Shown one piece after another: positions 31,362 through 41,518 of a stretch of DNA of 64,000 bases. The translations under genes and the position numbers were made by a program. The notes below the pieces were generated by a model. The model was not told where the DNA came from. It made no database searches and worked only from the letters and a program-made list of their open reading frames with translations. Within the stretch, counting starts at the first letter, position 1; every line of letters begins with the position of its first letter. Source of the DNA: Oceanispirochaeta sp. (lineage in GTDB: Bacteria; Spirochaetota; Spirochaetia; DSM-2461); NCBI GenBank assembly GCA_963666275.2, contig CAXXOA010000001.1, forward strand, positions 1,568,001 through 1,632,000, in the 5' to 3' direction.

Positions 31362-31397
31362 AAAAAAACAGGACACTGCCGGATAGAGGCAGTGTCC
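31362..31397 (-). terminator. intrinsic terminator between tsf and frr
   Basis: 10-bp stem GGACACTGCC/GGCAGTGTCC followed on the minus strand by TGTTTTTTT. Confidence 0.8.
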
Positions 31398-31406
31398 CGG
31401 AATTAC

Positions 31407-32246
31407 TTACTCTTCACCTACCATGTTATAAACATAGTCAGTCAGTTCAATGGTTCCGCCAACAGCTTTAGCAGTTTCTGCAATAGCCTGTTTAACGGTT
31501 AATTTATCATTTTTAACAAATGCCTGATCTACAAAGCAGATCTGAGCCAGGTGTTTGTTCAGTTTTCCTTTAACAATACCCTGAATAACTTTTTCAGGTT
31601 TGTCCATGTTCGCTGCCTGAGCAGTGAAAATCTCTTCCTGCTCTTTTACATAGGCAGGATCAACAGCGTCTCTGTCGAGGTAGGAAGGATTGAAGGCTGC
31701 TGCATGCAGTGCCAGATCCATTCCCAGAGCTTTCACTTCCGCTTTTTCTGCGGTTTCTTTGCTGTCGCAGCTCAGTTTTACCATAACACCAATGGCTCCG
31801 CCATTGTGCAGGTAGTCTACGGCACAGTCTGTGTCAGCCAGTTCGATGGTAGAGACTCTTTTCAGAACCATGTTCTCTTTCAGGATGGCAATGGCCTCTT
31901 TAACGAGGGTTTCAAGCTCTTCATTGATGGCTTTGATATTTTTCTCGGCCACAACGTCTGCGATTTTCTGTCCGGCTTCCTGGAAAGCCGCATTCTTAGC
32001 TACGAAGTCAGTTTCACAGGTCAGTTCAACTAAAGCCGCTGTACTTCCTTTGATTGCACTGAAAACAGCACCGGCATTGGTTGCTCTTCCGCTTCTTTTA
32101 TCGGCCGAAGCCAGTCCCTGTTCTTTCAGGTATTTTTCTGCTGCAGCAAAGTCTCCGTCACAAGCCTGAAGAGCTTTTTTACAGTCGAGCATTCCCGCAA
32201 GAGTTTTATCTCTCAGTTTTTTTACGTCAGCTGGTGTTACTGCCAC
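31407..32246 (-). CDS. tsf: translation elongation factor Ts
   Basis: VKKLRDKT..GMLDCKKAL, ELTCETDFVA; GTG start. Confidence 0.99.
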   Translation of the reverse strand: MAVTPADVKKLRDKTLAGMLDCKKALQACDGDFAAAEKYLKEQGLASADKRSGRATNAGAVFSAIKGSTAALVELTCETDFVAKNAAFQEAGQKIADVVAEKNIKAINEELETLVKEAIAILKENMVLKRVSTIELADTDCAVDYLHNGGAIGVMVKLSCDSKETAEKAEVKALGMDLALHAAAFNPSYLDRDAVDPAYVKEQEEIFTAQAANMDKPEKVIQGIVKGKLNKHLAQICFVDQAFVKNDKLTVKQAIAETAKAVGGTIELTDYVYNMVGEE

Positions 32247-32310
32247 GATATTCTCCTCTATCTCTGTCAGGATTTTTCCTTTATGAAAGTCCTGTCGTAT
32301 TTTATAAATA

Positions 32311-32339
32311 AGGGAAGGGGATGCATAACATCCCTCCCT
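32311..32339 (-). terminator. stem-loop in the rpsB-tsf intergenic region (weak terminator or processing site)
   Basis: AGGGA/TCCCT and GGGATG/CATCCC stems; only a poor T tail. Confidence 0.4.
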
Positions 32340-32359
32340 ATCGAATTTTATATTGAATC

Positions 32360-33172
32360 TTATTCGGTTGTATAAACAACATCGCTGTCGCCAGCTTCTG
32401 CAGATTCATCGTCTGCGCTGTCTTCAGCCACTTCTGCTTCAGCTGTTTCTTCTTCATCATCCTGGAGGTTTTCAATAACTTCCAGTCCGATTTCGTTGTC
32501 AGCTTCAACAACAGCGTTGGCAATGATCTGAGTAAACAGGCTGATCGCTCTGATGGCGTCATCATTACCGGGGATGGGATAATCGATACCATCGGGGTTA
32601 CAGTTTGTATCTACAACTGCAATGATGGGAATGCCCATTCTTCTTGCTTCTGCTACTGCAATAGCTTCTTTTTTGGTATCGATAACGAACATAACGCCGG
32701 GAAGATCGGCCATATTCTTAATACCGCCAAGGTTCTTTTCCAGTCTTCCTTTTTCTTTCAGGAGTTTGGAAACTTCCTTTTTGGTCATCTGTTCGAAAGT
32801 TCCGTCAACTTCCATTTTTTCAATCTTTTTCAGCTGGTGAAGAGATTTTTTGATGGTTGTAAAGTTGGTGAGCATACCGCCGAGCCATCTGTTGTTCACG
32901 TAGAACATATCACAGCGTTCCGCCTCTTTGGCGATGGCAGCCTGAGCCTGTTTTTTTGTTCCTACAAACAGAACTGATTTTCCGGCCAGAACATTAGCTC
33001 TGACAACATCGTATGCTTCTTTGATGGCAACGATTGTTTTCTGCAGGTCGATAATGTGAATCCCGTTTCTCTGTGAAAAAATAAATTTTTTCATTCTGGG
33101 ATCCCAGCGCTTGGTCTGATGTCCGAAATGTACACCTGATTCAAGCAGGTTTTTCATTGTTACTACAGCCAT
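32360..33172 (-). CDS. rpsB: 30S ribosomal protein S2
   Basis: [33 protein letters not shown]. Confidence 0.99.
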   Translation of the reverse strand: MAVVTMKNLLESGVHFGHQTKRWDPRMKKFIFSQRNGIHIIDLQKTIVAIKEAYDVVRANVLAGKSVLFVGTKKQAQAAIAKEAERCDMFYVNNRWLGGMLTNFTTIKKSLHQLKKIEKMEVDGTFEQMTKKEVSKLLKEKGRLEKNLGGIKNMADLPGVMFVIDTKKEAIAVAEARRMGIPIIAVVDTNCNPDGIDYPIPGNDDAIRAISLFTQIIANAVVEADNEIGLEVIENLQDDEEETAEAEVAEDSADDESAEAGDSDVVYTTE

Positions 33173-33266
33173 GTAGCCTCCTAAATCCGCTCCTTTTCTG
33201 AGCGGTCCTTCTCTTAGTCTCAGCGGCTTTTTTTTATATGAATATTCTAAGTATTCAAGCCACCGG
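33173..33266 (-). promoter_or_regulatory. structured rpsB 5' leader (candidate S2 autoregulatory element)
   Basis: Minus-strand stems CGGTGGCTT/AAGCCGCTG and CCGCTC/GAGCGG just before the SD AGGAGG. Confidence 0.35.
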
Positions 33267-33269
33267 AAA

Positions 33270-33851
33270 TTATATGCTGAATTTCAGCTGTCTTAACATG
33301 CCATATAATAGATTTATTGGCAAGCCCATTACATTAAAGTAGGTTCCATTTATACGGCTTATATAAATGCCGCCTTTTTCCTGGATCCGGTAGGCTCCGG
33401 CAACGCCCTTCCACTCTTCCGTATCCAGATAGTTCTGTATCTCCCGGCTGCTCATGGGGGCGAATTCAACATCTGTCCGATCCCATCCTGTCAGCCGTTC
33501 TCCCCCGGGAGAGGCCAGACAGACTCCTGTAAAAACCTGATGACTCCTGCCCTGAATCCTGTTCAGCATCTCTTCCGCTTCCTCTCTGTGGCGGGGCTTT
33601 CCTATTTTGTGGTTATCCAGACCGATGAGCGTATCGGCTGTGACAATCCATCGGCTAGTGCCGTATAGGGACAGGCAGACATCCATTTTCTGGTCGGCCA
33701 GATCTGTGCAGAGCTGCTCCGGAGGAAGATCCTGGTCCATGACTTCTTCCATTTCGTATCTGAGGACTTCACAGGGAATTCCCATCTGAGTGATCAGTTC
33801 CAGTCTTCTGGGAGACGCGGATCCCAGGTAGAGGGTTGAATTTTTCTGCAT
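33270..33851 (-). CDS. maf: Maf family nucleotide pyrophosphatase
   Basis: [28 protein letters not shown]. Confidence 0.96.
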   Translation of the reverse strand: MQKNSTLYLGSASPRRLELITQMGIPCEVLRYEMEEVMDQDLPPEQLCTDLADQKMDVCLSLYGTSRWIVTADTLIGLDNHKIGKPRHREEAEEMLNRIQGRSHQVFTGVCLASPGGERLTGWDRTDVEFAPMSSREIQNYLDTEEWKGVAGAYRIQEKGGIYISRINGTYFNVMGLPINLLYGMLRQLKFSI

Positions 33852-34063
33852 CTGCCCATTATAGGGATAAAAACGCCGGGGAGAAAAGAGGCTGATATAT
33901 CATCTTATAATTGTTGGCGTTAGGGAGCGGATGGTCTTAGAATTTAAGGAAGAAGATGAAACAGGGGGATTCAGAGACCTGTCAGTCGGATTCTCCTGTT
34001 TTTTACAGTTATTATCACAGATCTGTCTGACAGCGGACTGTGATGCCCATCAGGAGGATGTTT

Positions 34064-34834
34064 ATGATAAATAGAGTTCTAATTCAGTTCACCAGTGCCG
34101 GAGATGTGCCGGTTCTTTCCCGATTCATAACATCTCTGAAAAAAATGTATCCGGACATGGATATAGACGGATTGTATGTAAAGAACATGGATGAGTATCT
34201 GAGGTTCAATTCGGCTCTCTACAGCGAGGCATACTACCAGGATTTCATGGCTTCCTGGCGGGATGTGGAGGAGAAGAAGGAGCAGGAGATACGTGATGCC
34301 GTGGAGGAGTATTTTCCCGGTATGGTTCTTGTCATCCGTGATGGTTACAGCGAGGAGATCGTTATCAGTGAAATGAGGGTCTATGATCTTCTGGTTCTGG
34401 CCAAGTCCAACTATCTGACCCGGGATCTGAAAGCTCTTCTGACGATCCATCATAAACCTATTATTATTGTCCCGGAAAAAGAGAGCTATTCTCTAGAAAA
34501 GGTTCTTTTTGCTGATGATGAAAGGGCTGTCTCCAATAGAGCATTCTTCTCTTTTCTTACCCTTTTCGACAGCATCAAATCCTTTAAAGCCCTGGGGGTC
34601 AATATCAGAAAGGAGACATTCAGAGATCTGAATCCCTATCTTGAGAAAGCCGGAAAAAGTATTAATTATCATTTTCAGGAAGGTCATGCTGATGAACTGA
34701 TCCTGGAGTACTCCCGTAATTTCGACTGTCTTATAATGGGAGATCTGAAGCACTCATTCCTTGTGGAAAGGATAGGGGGGAAAGACGGCCTTAAGATCCT
34801 TGAAAAGGCAGAAATACCCATTTTTATAGGTTAA
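34064..34834 (+). CDS. universal stress protein-like (tandem USP domains); start probably ATG 34064
   Basis: YDLLVL, KPIIIVP, FDCLIMG...HSFLVERIGG...ILEKAEIPIFIG pattern of USP folds; AGGAGG SD. Confidence 0.75.
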   Translation: MINRVLIQFTSAGDVPVLSRFITSLKKMYPDMDIDGLYVKNMDEYLRFNSALYSEAYYQDFMASWRDVEEKKEQEIRDAVEEYFPGMVLVIRDGYSEEIVISEMRVYDLLVLAKSNYLTRDLKALLTIHHKPIIIVPEKESYSLEKVLFADDERAVSNRAFFSFLTLFDSIKSFKALGVNIRKETFRDLNPYLEKAGKSINYHFQEGHADELILEYSRNFDCLIMGDLKHSFLVERIGGKDGLKILEKAEIPIFIG

Positions 34835-34845
34835 GTCTTTTCTGA

Positions 34846-35934
34846 TCAGTTTTCAGCGGCAAAGAGGTCCAGTTCCATCTGCGGTTCGGGAGGTTTATAG
34901 AGATTGCCTCCCAGTTTGCCCAGGCTGAGGCCCAGCAGCCTCACCGGAATCTTACCGGCCTTTGTTTTTTCAAGAAGTTCCGGCACCAGTTTCATTATCT
35001 GATCGGATCTGCTGAGTCTTTCTGAAGACCCTGTACAGCGGGTACAGACTTTAAAATCATGGTATTTTACTTTCAGTGTCAGCTGCCCTCCGGAAAGACC
35101 GGTTTTACGGCAGTCCTCTTCCACCCGGTCCGCAATCTTTTTGAGCTGACTGTAGATCTCGTCCATTCCCTGAATATCCCTGGAAAAGGTATTCTCTCTT
35201 CCCAGGGATTTTCGTGTCCTTTTCGGTTCTACAGGCCGATTGTCAATGCCTCGAACCGCATAATAGTAGTAGCTTCCGGATTTGCCGAAGAGTTCTAGGA
35301 GTTCATACAGTTCCAGTTTCTTGAGATCCCTGCCTTTAAGGATTCCCATGGCTTTCATACGCTCTTCTGTTCTTTTTCCGATACCGAAAAAACGTCCGAT
35401 AGGCAGTTCCTCCAGAAAGTGCTCTGCCAGATCCGGAGTAATCACGGTCATTCCATCGGGTTTGTTCACATCAGAAGCGATTTTTGCAATGAATTTGTTA
35501 TAGGAAACCCCGGCGGAGGCTGTCAAACCGGTTACCTGTCTGATACGCTGACGAATCTCAGCGGCTATGACGGTAGCCGAAGGGTTTCCGGTTTTGTTTT
35601 CGGTAACATCCAGATAGGCTTCATCCAGACTGAGAGGTTCCACAAGGTCTGTATAGCTGAAGAATATCTCCCTGATCTGATGGGAGACCTTTTTGTACTC
35701 CGAGAAGTTATGGTGTGAAATAAATACGGCATGGGGACAGAGTTTATAGGCTCTGGATGCGGGCATGGCTGAATGGATACCGTACTTTCTCGCTTCATAG
35801 GAACAGGTGGAAACAACACCCCTGCTGTCGGGTCTCCCGCCGACAACAACGGGTTTACCCCTGAGACTGGGATTGTTCCGCTGTTCAACAGATGCGTAAA
35901 AAGCATCCATATCGATATGAATGATCTTTCTCAT
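34846..35934 (-). CDS. dinB: DNA polymerase IV (start probably ATG 35934)
   Basis: IIHIDMDAFYASVE, SYEARKYG, SLDEAYLD, KIASDVNKPDG. Confidence 0.98.
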   Translation of the reverse strand: MRKIIHIDMDAFYASVEQRNNPSLRGKPVVVGGRPDSRGVVSTCSYEARKYGIHSAMPASRAYKLCPHAVFISHHNFSEYKKVSHQIREIFFSYTDLVEPLSLDEAYLDVTENKTGNPSATVIAAEIRQRIRQVTGLTASAGVSYNKFIAKIASDVNKPDGMTVITPDLAEHFLEELPIGRFFGIGKRTEERMKAMGILKGRDLKKLELYELLELFGKSGSYYYYAVRGIDNRPVEPKRTRKSLGRENTFSRDIQGMDEIYSQLKKIADRVEEDCRKTGLSGGQLTLKVKYHDFKVCTRCTGSSERLSRSDQIMKLVPELLEKTKAGKIPVRLLGLSLGKLGGNLYKPPEPQMELDLFAAEN

Positions 35935-36083
35935 ACTTTTTATACTATACATCCATGTAGTATTTTCTGCAAGATTTCCCTGAAGAAAAACTGGAAAGAA
36001 TCTCCTCCTTTGAGACGTTTCCGGTTTGGTAAAAACAAAGGGACCGGTATATATTGAAGGAAGACTTCACGGGGAGGTAATTA

Positions 36084-36401
36084 ATGATTCTGACCAATAC
36101 GGATTATATTTCAGGCAGAGATCTGGAAACACTGGGGATCGTTAAGGGCAGCACTGTTCAGTCCCGCCATGTGGGAAGGGATATTATGAGCGGACTGAAA
36201 ACTCTTGTTGGCGGTGAAATCCGCTCCTATACGGAAATGCTGGACCGGGCGAGAGATCTGGCAACAGAGCGGATGGTGACAGAAGCCGAGGCCCTGGGAG
36301 CCCAGGGAATTGTGAATATACGCTATGCTTCCAGCGCAGTTATGCAGGGGGCCGCGGAAGTCATCGTCTACGGGACTGCGGTAAAATTTCTTTCCCCCTA
36401 G
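36084..36401 (+). CDS. ybjQ: YbjQ/UPF0145 family protein
   Basis: GRDIMSGLKTLVGGEIRSYT, YGTAV. Confidence 0.93.
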   Translation: MILTNTDYISGRDLETLGIVKGSTVQSRHVGRDIMSGLKTLVGGEIRSYTEMLDRARDLATERMVTEAEALGAQGIVNIRYASSAVMQGAAEVIVYGTAVKFLSP

Positions 36402-36466
36402 AGTTTTCATTTTAATGATCCGCTGATTCTTGCGGGTTCGGGAAATTCTGGCTAGTATGGGTAGCT

Positions 36467-39400
36467 ATGCAGAAGGGAAACAGGTCCGGAAAAAACCGTA
36501 AAAATATAAGTAGAATCGACTATGGGAAACTCACAGGTCCCTGGAGGGAGGCCTATGACAAGCTCAGGCAGGTCAGGGGCTGTGACTACCATTCTCTGAA
36601 GAGAGAGTTTGACAGAGCTGCCGCATCAGCAGGGCAGTCCTATCCGGAAGAGTCGGAAATCCTGAAAATAACAGCTCATAAAATTTCCCGTTCGGTGGAG
36701 GAAAAGCAGCGACGCCAACTGAGAAAGTTCCGGTACAACTGGAATGAATCGCTTCCCATCACCGAAAGAAAGGATGAAATCATCCAGACCATAAGGGATA
36801 ACCAGGTGGTTGTTCTGGCGGGAGAAACCGGAAGCGGTAAAACAACGCAGATTCCCAAGTTCTGTCTGGCCGCAGGCCGGGGGATCAACGGCAAAATCGG
36901 CTGTACCCAGCCCCGCCGGATTGCGGCTCTATCTGTTGCCGAGCGGATTGCCGAAGAGATGGGTGAGAAACCGGGAAAAACGGTGGGATATAAAATCCGC
37001 TTTCAGGATAAGGATGATCCCCTCGGATTCATCAAGATCATGACCGACGGTATCCTCCTGGCGGAAACCCAGGGCGATCACTGGCTCAATGAATATGACA
37101 CCCTGATCATTGACGAGGCTCATGAACGGAGCCTGAATATAGATTTTATTCTGGGAATCCTCCGGAACCTGATCCGAAAGCGGAAAGATCTCAAAATTAT
37201 AATCACCTCCGCAACAATTGATACAAAGAAATTTTCCGAAGCCTTTGATAATGCACCGGTGATCGAAGTTTCAGGCCGGACCTTTCCTGTGGAGGTAAGA
37301 TACAGGGAAGATGATGAGGATGAAGAGACCTCTCTGGCGGAAAGAGCCTGTGAAGCGGCGGAGGAGCTGATAAAATCGGATCCCAAAGGGGATATCCTGA
37401 TTTTCATGCCGGCCGAACAGGAGATACGGGATGCCTGCGATATCCTTTCGGGGAGGCATAAACAGGCTCTGGTTCTGCCTCTCTATGCCAGGCTGTCCTC
37501 TTCGGACCAGCAGAGAGTTTTTCAGCACTCCTCCCAGCGTAAGATCATTGTTTCCACCAATGTGGCTGAAACCTCTCTGACCATTCCCGGAATCAAATAT
37601 GTCATAGACAGCGGTATGGCCAGGGTGGCCCAGTACTATCCCAATACCGGTACCTTTGCTCTGCCGATAGTTCCCGTTTCCCGGAGCAGTGCGGATCAGC
37701 GGAAAGGGCGCTGCGGTCGTATTGAGAACGGTATCTGCGTCCGTCTCTATTCGGAAGAGAACTATCTGTCCCGTCAGGAATTTACCCCCGCCGAAGTCCT
37801 CCGGACCAATCTGGCGGAAGTTATCCTCAGGATGCTCTCCCTGCGGCTGGATGATCCTTCCCGCTTTCCCTTTATCGATGCCCCCTCATCGGCGGGGATC
37901 GCCGACGGCTATAAGACTCTGCTGGAGCTGGGGGCAGTGGAACAGACAGGTAAAGGCAAATCCAGACACTACAGACTCACGGGCATAGGCAGAACCATGG
38001 CTTACCTCCCTCTGGATCCGCGTCTGGCCCGTATGATCCTGCAGGCGGATGAGGAACAGTGTCTTGAGGATGTTCTGATCATAGCGGCCTCTCTGAATGT
38101 TCATGATCCCCGGGAGAGGCCTTCGGAGAAAGCCGGGACCGCCGATCAGGCTCATGCCAAATTCCGCCATGAAGAGTCGGATTTTCTCACCAGGCTGAAT
38201 ATCTGGCGCTACTACGGGGCCCATTATGAAACAGGAAAAACCAGTCAGCTGAGAAAATTCTGTAAAGAGAACTACATCTCCTTCCGCCGGATGCGGGAGT
38301 GGCAGGATATCTACAGACAGATCCGACTCCAGCTTGAAGAGAAGGGATATAAAGTCAGACCCTATCAGGGCAATACGGAAAATTTCTATCCCGCCGTGCA
38401 CAGGGCTATTCTGAGCGGGTTCCTCTCTCATATCGCCCTGAAAAAAGAGAAAGTTTTCTACAGGGCCACCAAGAACCGGGAGATGATGATCTTTCCCGGG
38501 TCCGGGCTTTTCCAGGGAAAGCGGGGCGGCGAATGGATTGTGGCTGGAGAGATTGTTAAGACCTCCCGGCTCTTTGCCCGGATTGTGGCCAATATCGACA
38601 GCGCCTGGCTGCTGGACCTGGGTTCCCATCTGATGACATCAACCTATCATGCTCCCGTGTGGTCCCAGGATCAGGGCCAGGTGACCGCGGTAGAGCAGAA
38701 ACGGCTTTTCGGGTTTATAGTGGCCGAGGGTTCAGTCCCCTACGGGCCTGTGAATCCCGATGAGGCAACGGATATTTTTATCCGTTCCTGTCTGATCGAG
38801 GGGATGGTGAAGGATCCGTCGGAGTATCCCTTTCTTGAGAAAAACAGGGAGCTCATCGATACGATTGTTTCCATGGAAAACAAAGTCCGGAAACGGAATC
38901 TGATGGTTTCGGAAGAGGAACTCTTTCTTATCTATAAGAGCCGGCTTAAAAATATTTTTGATCTGGGACTCCTTCAGGAGTACATCAAAAAGAACGGAGA
39001 GGAATCCCTGCTGATTCAGCAGGAGGATCTTCTGGCAGGGAATACGGACAATCTCAATCTGGAGCAATTTCCCGACCAGCTCTCTTTCGGCAATGTGGAT
39101 GTTTCGGTGGAGTATAACTTTGAACCCGGCCGGGAAGAGGACGGCGTGACCCTTCAGGTTCCCTCCCGGGAAGCGGGGAATGTGGATGCTGCCAGTCTGG
39201 ACTGGGCGATTCCGGGGCTTCACAGGGACAGGATCGCCGCCCTGATAAAAGGGCTGCCCAAAGAGTACCGCAAAAGGCTGACTCCCATTAATGCCACGGT
39301 GGAGGATATTGTAAAAAATATGCCTCATCAGGAGGACACCCGTCTGACCCGGGCTCTGAGCGAATACATCTATACCTCCTGGGGAATGGCGGTGCCTCTG

Positions 39401-40450
39401 GATGAATGGAATGAGGAAGCCCTGCCGGAACATCTGCGGATCCGTATTGCTGTTACAGACGAGAAAGGCCAGGTCATCGAAGCCGCCAGGGATGCGGAAG
39501 TGCTCTATAAAAAGTACAAAGCCAATATTGACAGGAGCCTGCTGAAACGGACCAGGAAAGAGTGGGAAAGAACGGGGATTGATTCCTGGGACCTGGGAGA
39601 TCTCCCCCGGGAACTCTCTCTGAAAGGGAAGGATCAGATTGTATTCAAGGTCTATCCGGTTCTTAAAGACTGCGGGGAAGAGGGGGTGTCCCTGATTCTG
39701 ATGGAAAACCGGGAGGAAGCCGGGGAAACCCATCGAACCGGTCTTGTCCGCCTGATCCGGGGAGAGTTTGTCAAAGAGGTCAGAAATTTTAAAAAGGAAC
39801 TGTCCCGGACCTATCCCTTCGGAGAGGGGGCTACCTACTTCGGCGGGGCTGCCAAAGTGGAACAGATGATCTGGGAGAGACTTTTCTGGGAGTCCGCTTC
39901 AAATCCTGTTTGGAAGGAGGAGGAATTCCGCTCTCTTGTCAGGGATCTGGCTCCCCGGCTTTTCAATCTGGCTTCCTTCTCCTATGAACAGGCGGCCCGG
40001 ATTATTCAGGAGTTTCTGGAAACCCGGATGTTCCTTTCCCAGGCGGAAAAGAAAAGGGGGGCAAGCGGTTCTTCCTATATTGAAAACCGGAGAGACGACC
40101 TGTTGGAGATCGTCCCCCCCAATTTTCTGAATATCTACCCCTCCGACAGAATCATTCAGCTGCCCCGGTATATGAAGCTGATCCGCATACGGGCCGAGAA
40201 GGGGAATCTGGACCCCGGAAAAGACAGGGAACGGGAAGCCCTTTACGAACGTTACTGGAACAGGTATCAGAAAATCATTGAAGCTCTGCCGGAATGGATC
40301 AGTCAGAAACGCAAAGAAGCGGTGGAAGATATGTGGTGGTATCTTCAGGAGTACAAGATTCATCTGTTTGCCCAGGAAATGAAAACGAAAGAGAAAGTCT
40401 CTACAGAAAGGGTGGAAAAACGGCTTGATAAGCTGAAGACCATGCTTTGA
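36467..40450 (+). CDS. hrpA: ATP-dependent RNA helicase HrpA
   Basis: GETGSGKTTQ, DEAH, SAT, QRKGRCGR; long C-terminal DUF3418-like region. Confidence 0.97.
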   Translation: MQKGNRSGKNRKNISRIDYGKLTGPWREAYDKLRQVRGCDYHSLKREFDRAAASAGQSYPEESEILKITAHKISRSVEEKQRRQLRKFRYNWNESLPITERKDEIIQTIRDNQVVVLAGETGSGKTTQIPKFCLAAGRGINGKIGCTQPRRIAALSVAERIAEEMGEKPGKTVGYKIRFQDKDDPLGFIKIMTDGILLAETQGDHWLNEYDTLIIDEAHERSLNIDFILGILRNLIRKRKDLKIIITSATIDTKKFSEAFDNAPVIEVSGRTFPVEVRYREDDEDEETSLAERACEAAEELIKSDPKGDILIFMPAEQEIRDACDILSGRHKQALVLPLYARLSSSDQQRVFQHSSQRKIIVSTNVAETSLTIPGIKYVIDSGMARVAQYYPNTGTFALPIVPVSRSSADQRKGRCGRIENGICVRLYSEENYLSRQEFTPAEVLRTNLAEVILRMLSLRLDDPSRFPFIDAPSSAGIADGYKTLLELGAVEQTGKGKSRHYRLTGIGRTMAYLPLDPRLARMILQADEEQCLEDVLIIAASLNVHDPRERPSEKAGTADQAHAKFRHEESDFLTRLNIWRYYGAHYETGKTSQLRKFCKENYISFRRMREWQDIYRQIRLQLEEKGYKVRPYQGNTENFYPAVHRAILSGFLSHIALKKEKVFYRATKNREMMIFPGSGLFQGKRGGEWIVAGEIVKTSRLFARIVANIDSAWLLDLGSHLMTSTYHAPVWSQDQGQVTAVEQKRLFGFIVAEGSVPYGPVNPDEATDIFIRSCLIEGMVKDPSEYPFLEKNRELIDTIVSMENKVRKRNLMVSEEELFLIYKSRLKNIFDLGLLQEYIKKNGEESLLIQQEDLLAGNTDNLNLEQFPDQLSFGNVDVSVEYNFEPGREEDGVTLQVPSREAGNVDAASLDWAIPGLHRDRIAALIKGLPKEYRKRLTPINATVEDIVKNMPHQEDTRLTRALSEYIYTSWGMAVPLDEWNEEALPEHLRIRIAVTDEKGQVIEAARDAEVLYKKYKANIDRSLLKRTRKEWERTGIDSWDLGDLPRELSLKGKDQIVFKVYPVLKDCGEEGVSLILMENREEAGETHRTGLVRLIRGEFVKEVRNFKKELSRTYPFGEGATYFGGAAKVEQMIWERLFWESASNPVWKEEEFRSLVRDLAPRLFNLASFSYEQAARIIQEFLETRMFLSQAEKKRGASGSSYIENRRDDLLEIVPPNFLNIYPSDRIIQLPRYMKLIRIRAEKGNLDPGKDREREALYERYWNRYQKIIEALPEWISQKRKEAVEDMWWYLQEYKIHLFAQEMKTKEKVSTERVEKRLDKLKTML

Positions 40451-40488
40451 CTTTCCAGTTTATATAGACAGCTGTCGATAATAATCCT

Positions 40489-41502
40489 ATGAATCCTCTT
40501 AAAAGATTTATTCTGGCTGTATTTCTCATCCTTTTTATCATCGGCTTCGGATCCTATGGTTTTATGGCAATTGAGGACTGGAGCTGGGATGACAGCCTCT
40601 ATATGACCTTTCTCACCATCTCAACTGTGGGGTTCAGCGAAGTACACCCTCTCAGTTCTCAGGGCCGGCATTTTATGATCCTTCTGATCATCATCAGCCT
40701 GCTCACAATAGGTTATGTTATCACGACTATGATCTCATTTCTTTTTGAGGGACATTTTCTGCAGACAATGAAGGAGCGGCGTATGAAGCTATTTCTGGGA
40801 CAGATCAAAGATCACTATATCATCTGCGGTTTCGGTGAGGTGGGTAAAGAGGCGGCGGATGAACTGATGCGTTTAAAAGTCTCTTTTCTTGTGATTGACC
40901 GGAACGTGGAAACCATAGATAAAACCCGGTATCCCGATATTCTGTTTGTGGAGGGGGATGCCTCGGAAGAGGAGATCCTGGAGAAAGCCCGGATTCATAA
41001 AGCCAGAGGCTTTATCTCCTGTCTTCCCGAAGACCCGCAGAACGTGTTTACCGTCCTGACAGCCCGTCAGATGAACAGTTCTCTTCATATCGTTTCCAAG
41101 GCCTCGGACAATAGAACCGTCAAAAAACTGGAGAAAGCCGGTGCCGACAGGGTGATCTCTCCCAATCAGATCGCCGGAAGAAGGCTCGCCTCGGCCAGTG
41201 TGAACCCCACGATCGTCAACTTTCTGGAAGTCCTCTCCTCCGGCGGGGGAGACGAGCATATCCGTCTGGAAGCGGTCAGGATCGGTTCGGGCTCCGAGCT
41301 GATCGGGAAGTCCCTGAAAGAGAGCAATATAGGTCAGTACACGGGAGCCATCATTATCGGCATACTCAACTCTGTGGGAGAAGCCAGAATCAACGAGGGA
41401 GCCATGGCGTCACTGTCTTCCATAGAACTGCAGGAGTCGGATCAGCTGATCGCCCTGGGCAATGAAGAACAGATCGATCATCTGCAGAAGTTTGCCCGTT
41501 AG
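40489..41502 (+). CDS. two-TM potassium channel family protein with RCK (TrkA-N/TrkA-C) domains
   Basis: TM - pore TISTVGFSE - TM, then HYIICGFGEVG Rossmann motif and AGADRVISP. Confidence 0.92.
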   Translation: MNPLKRFILAVFLILFIIGFGSYGFMAIEDWSWDDSLYMTFLTISTVGFSEVHPLSSQGRHFMILLIIISLLTIGYVITTMISFLFEGHFLQTMKERRMKLFLGQIKDHYIICGFGEVGKEAADELMRLKVSFLVIDRNVETIDKTRYPDILFVEGDASEEEILEKARIHKARGFISCLPEDPQNVFTVLTARQMNSSLHIVSKASDNRTVKKLEKAGADRVISPNQIAGRRLASASVNPTIVNFLEVLSSGGGDEHIRLEAVRIGSGSELIGKSLKESNIGQYTGAIIIGILNSVGEARINEGAMASLSSIELQESDQLIALGNEEQIDHLQKFAR

Positions 41503-41518
41503 GGGCAATTCGGAATGA

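Noticed and set aside
31347..31406. pyrH missing between tsf and frr
   Set aside because: A direct tsf-frr junction is the usual spirochaete arrangement; not a lesion.
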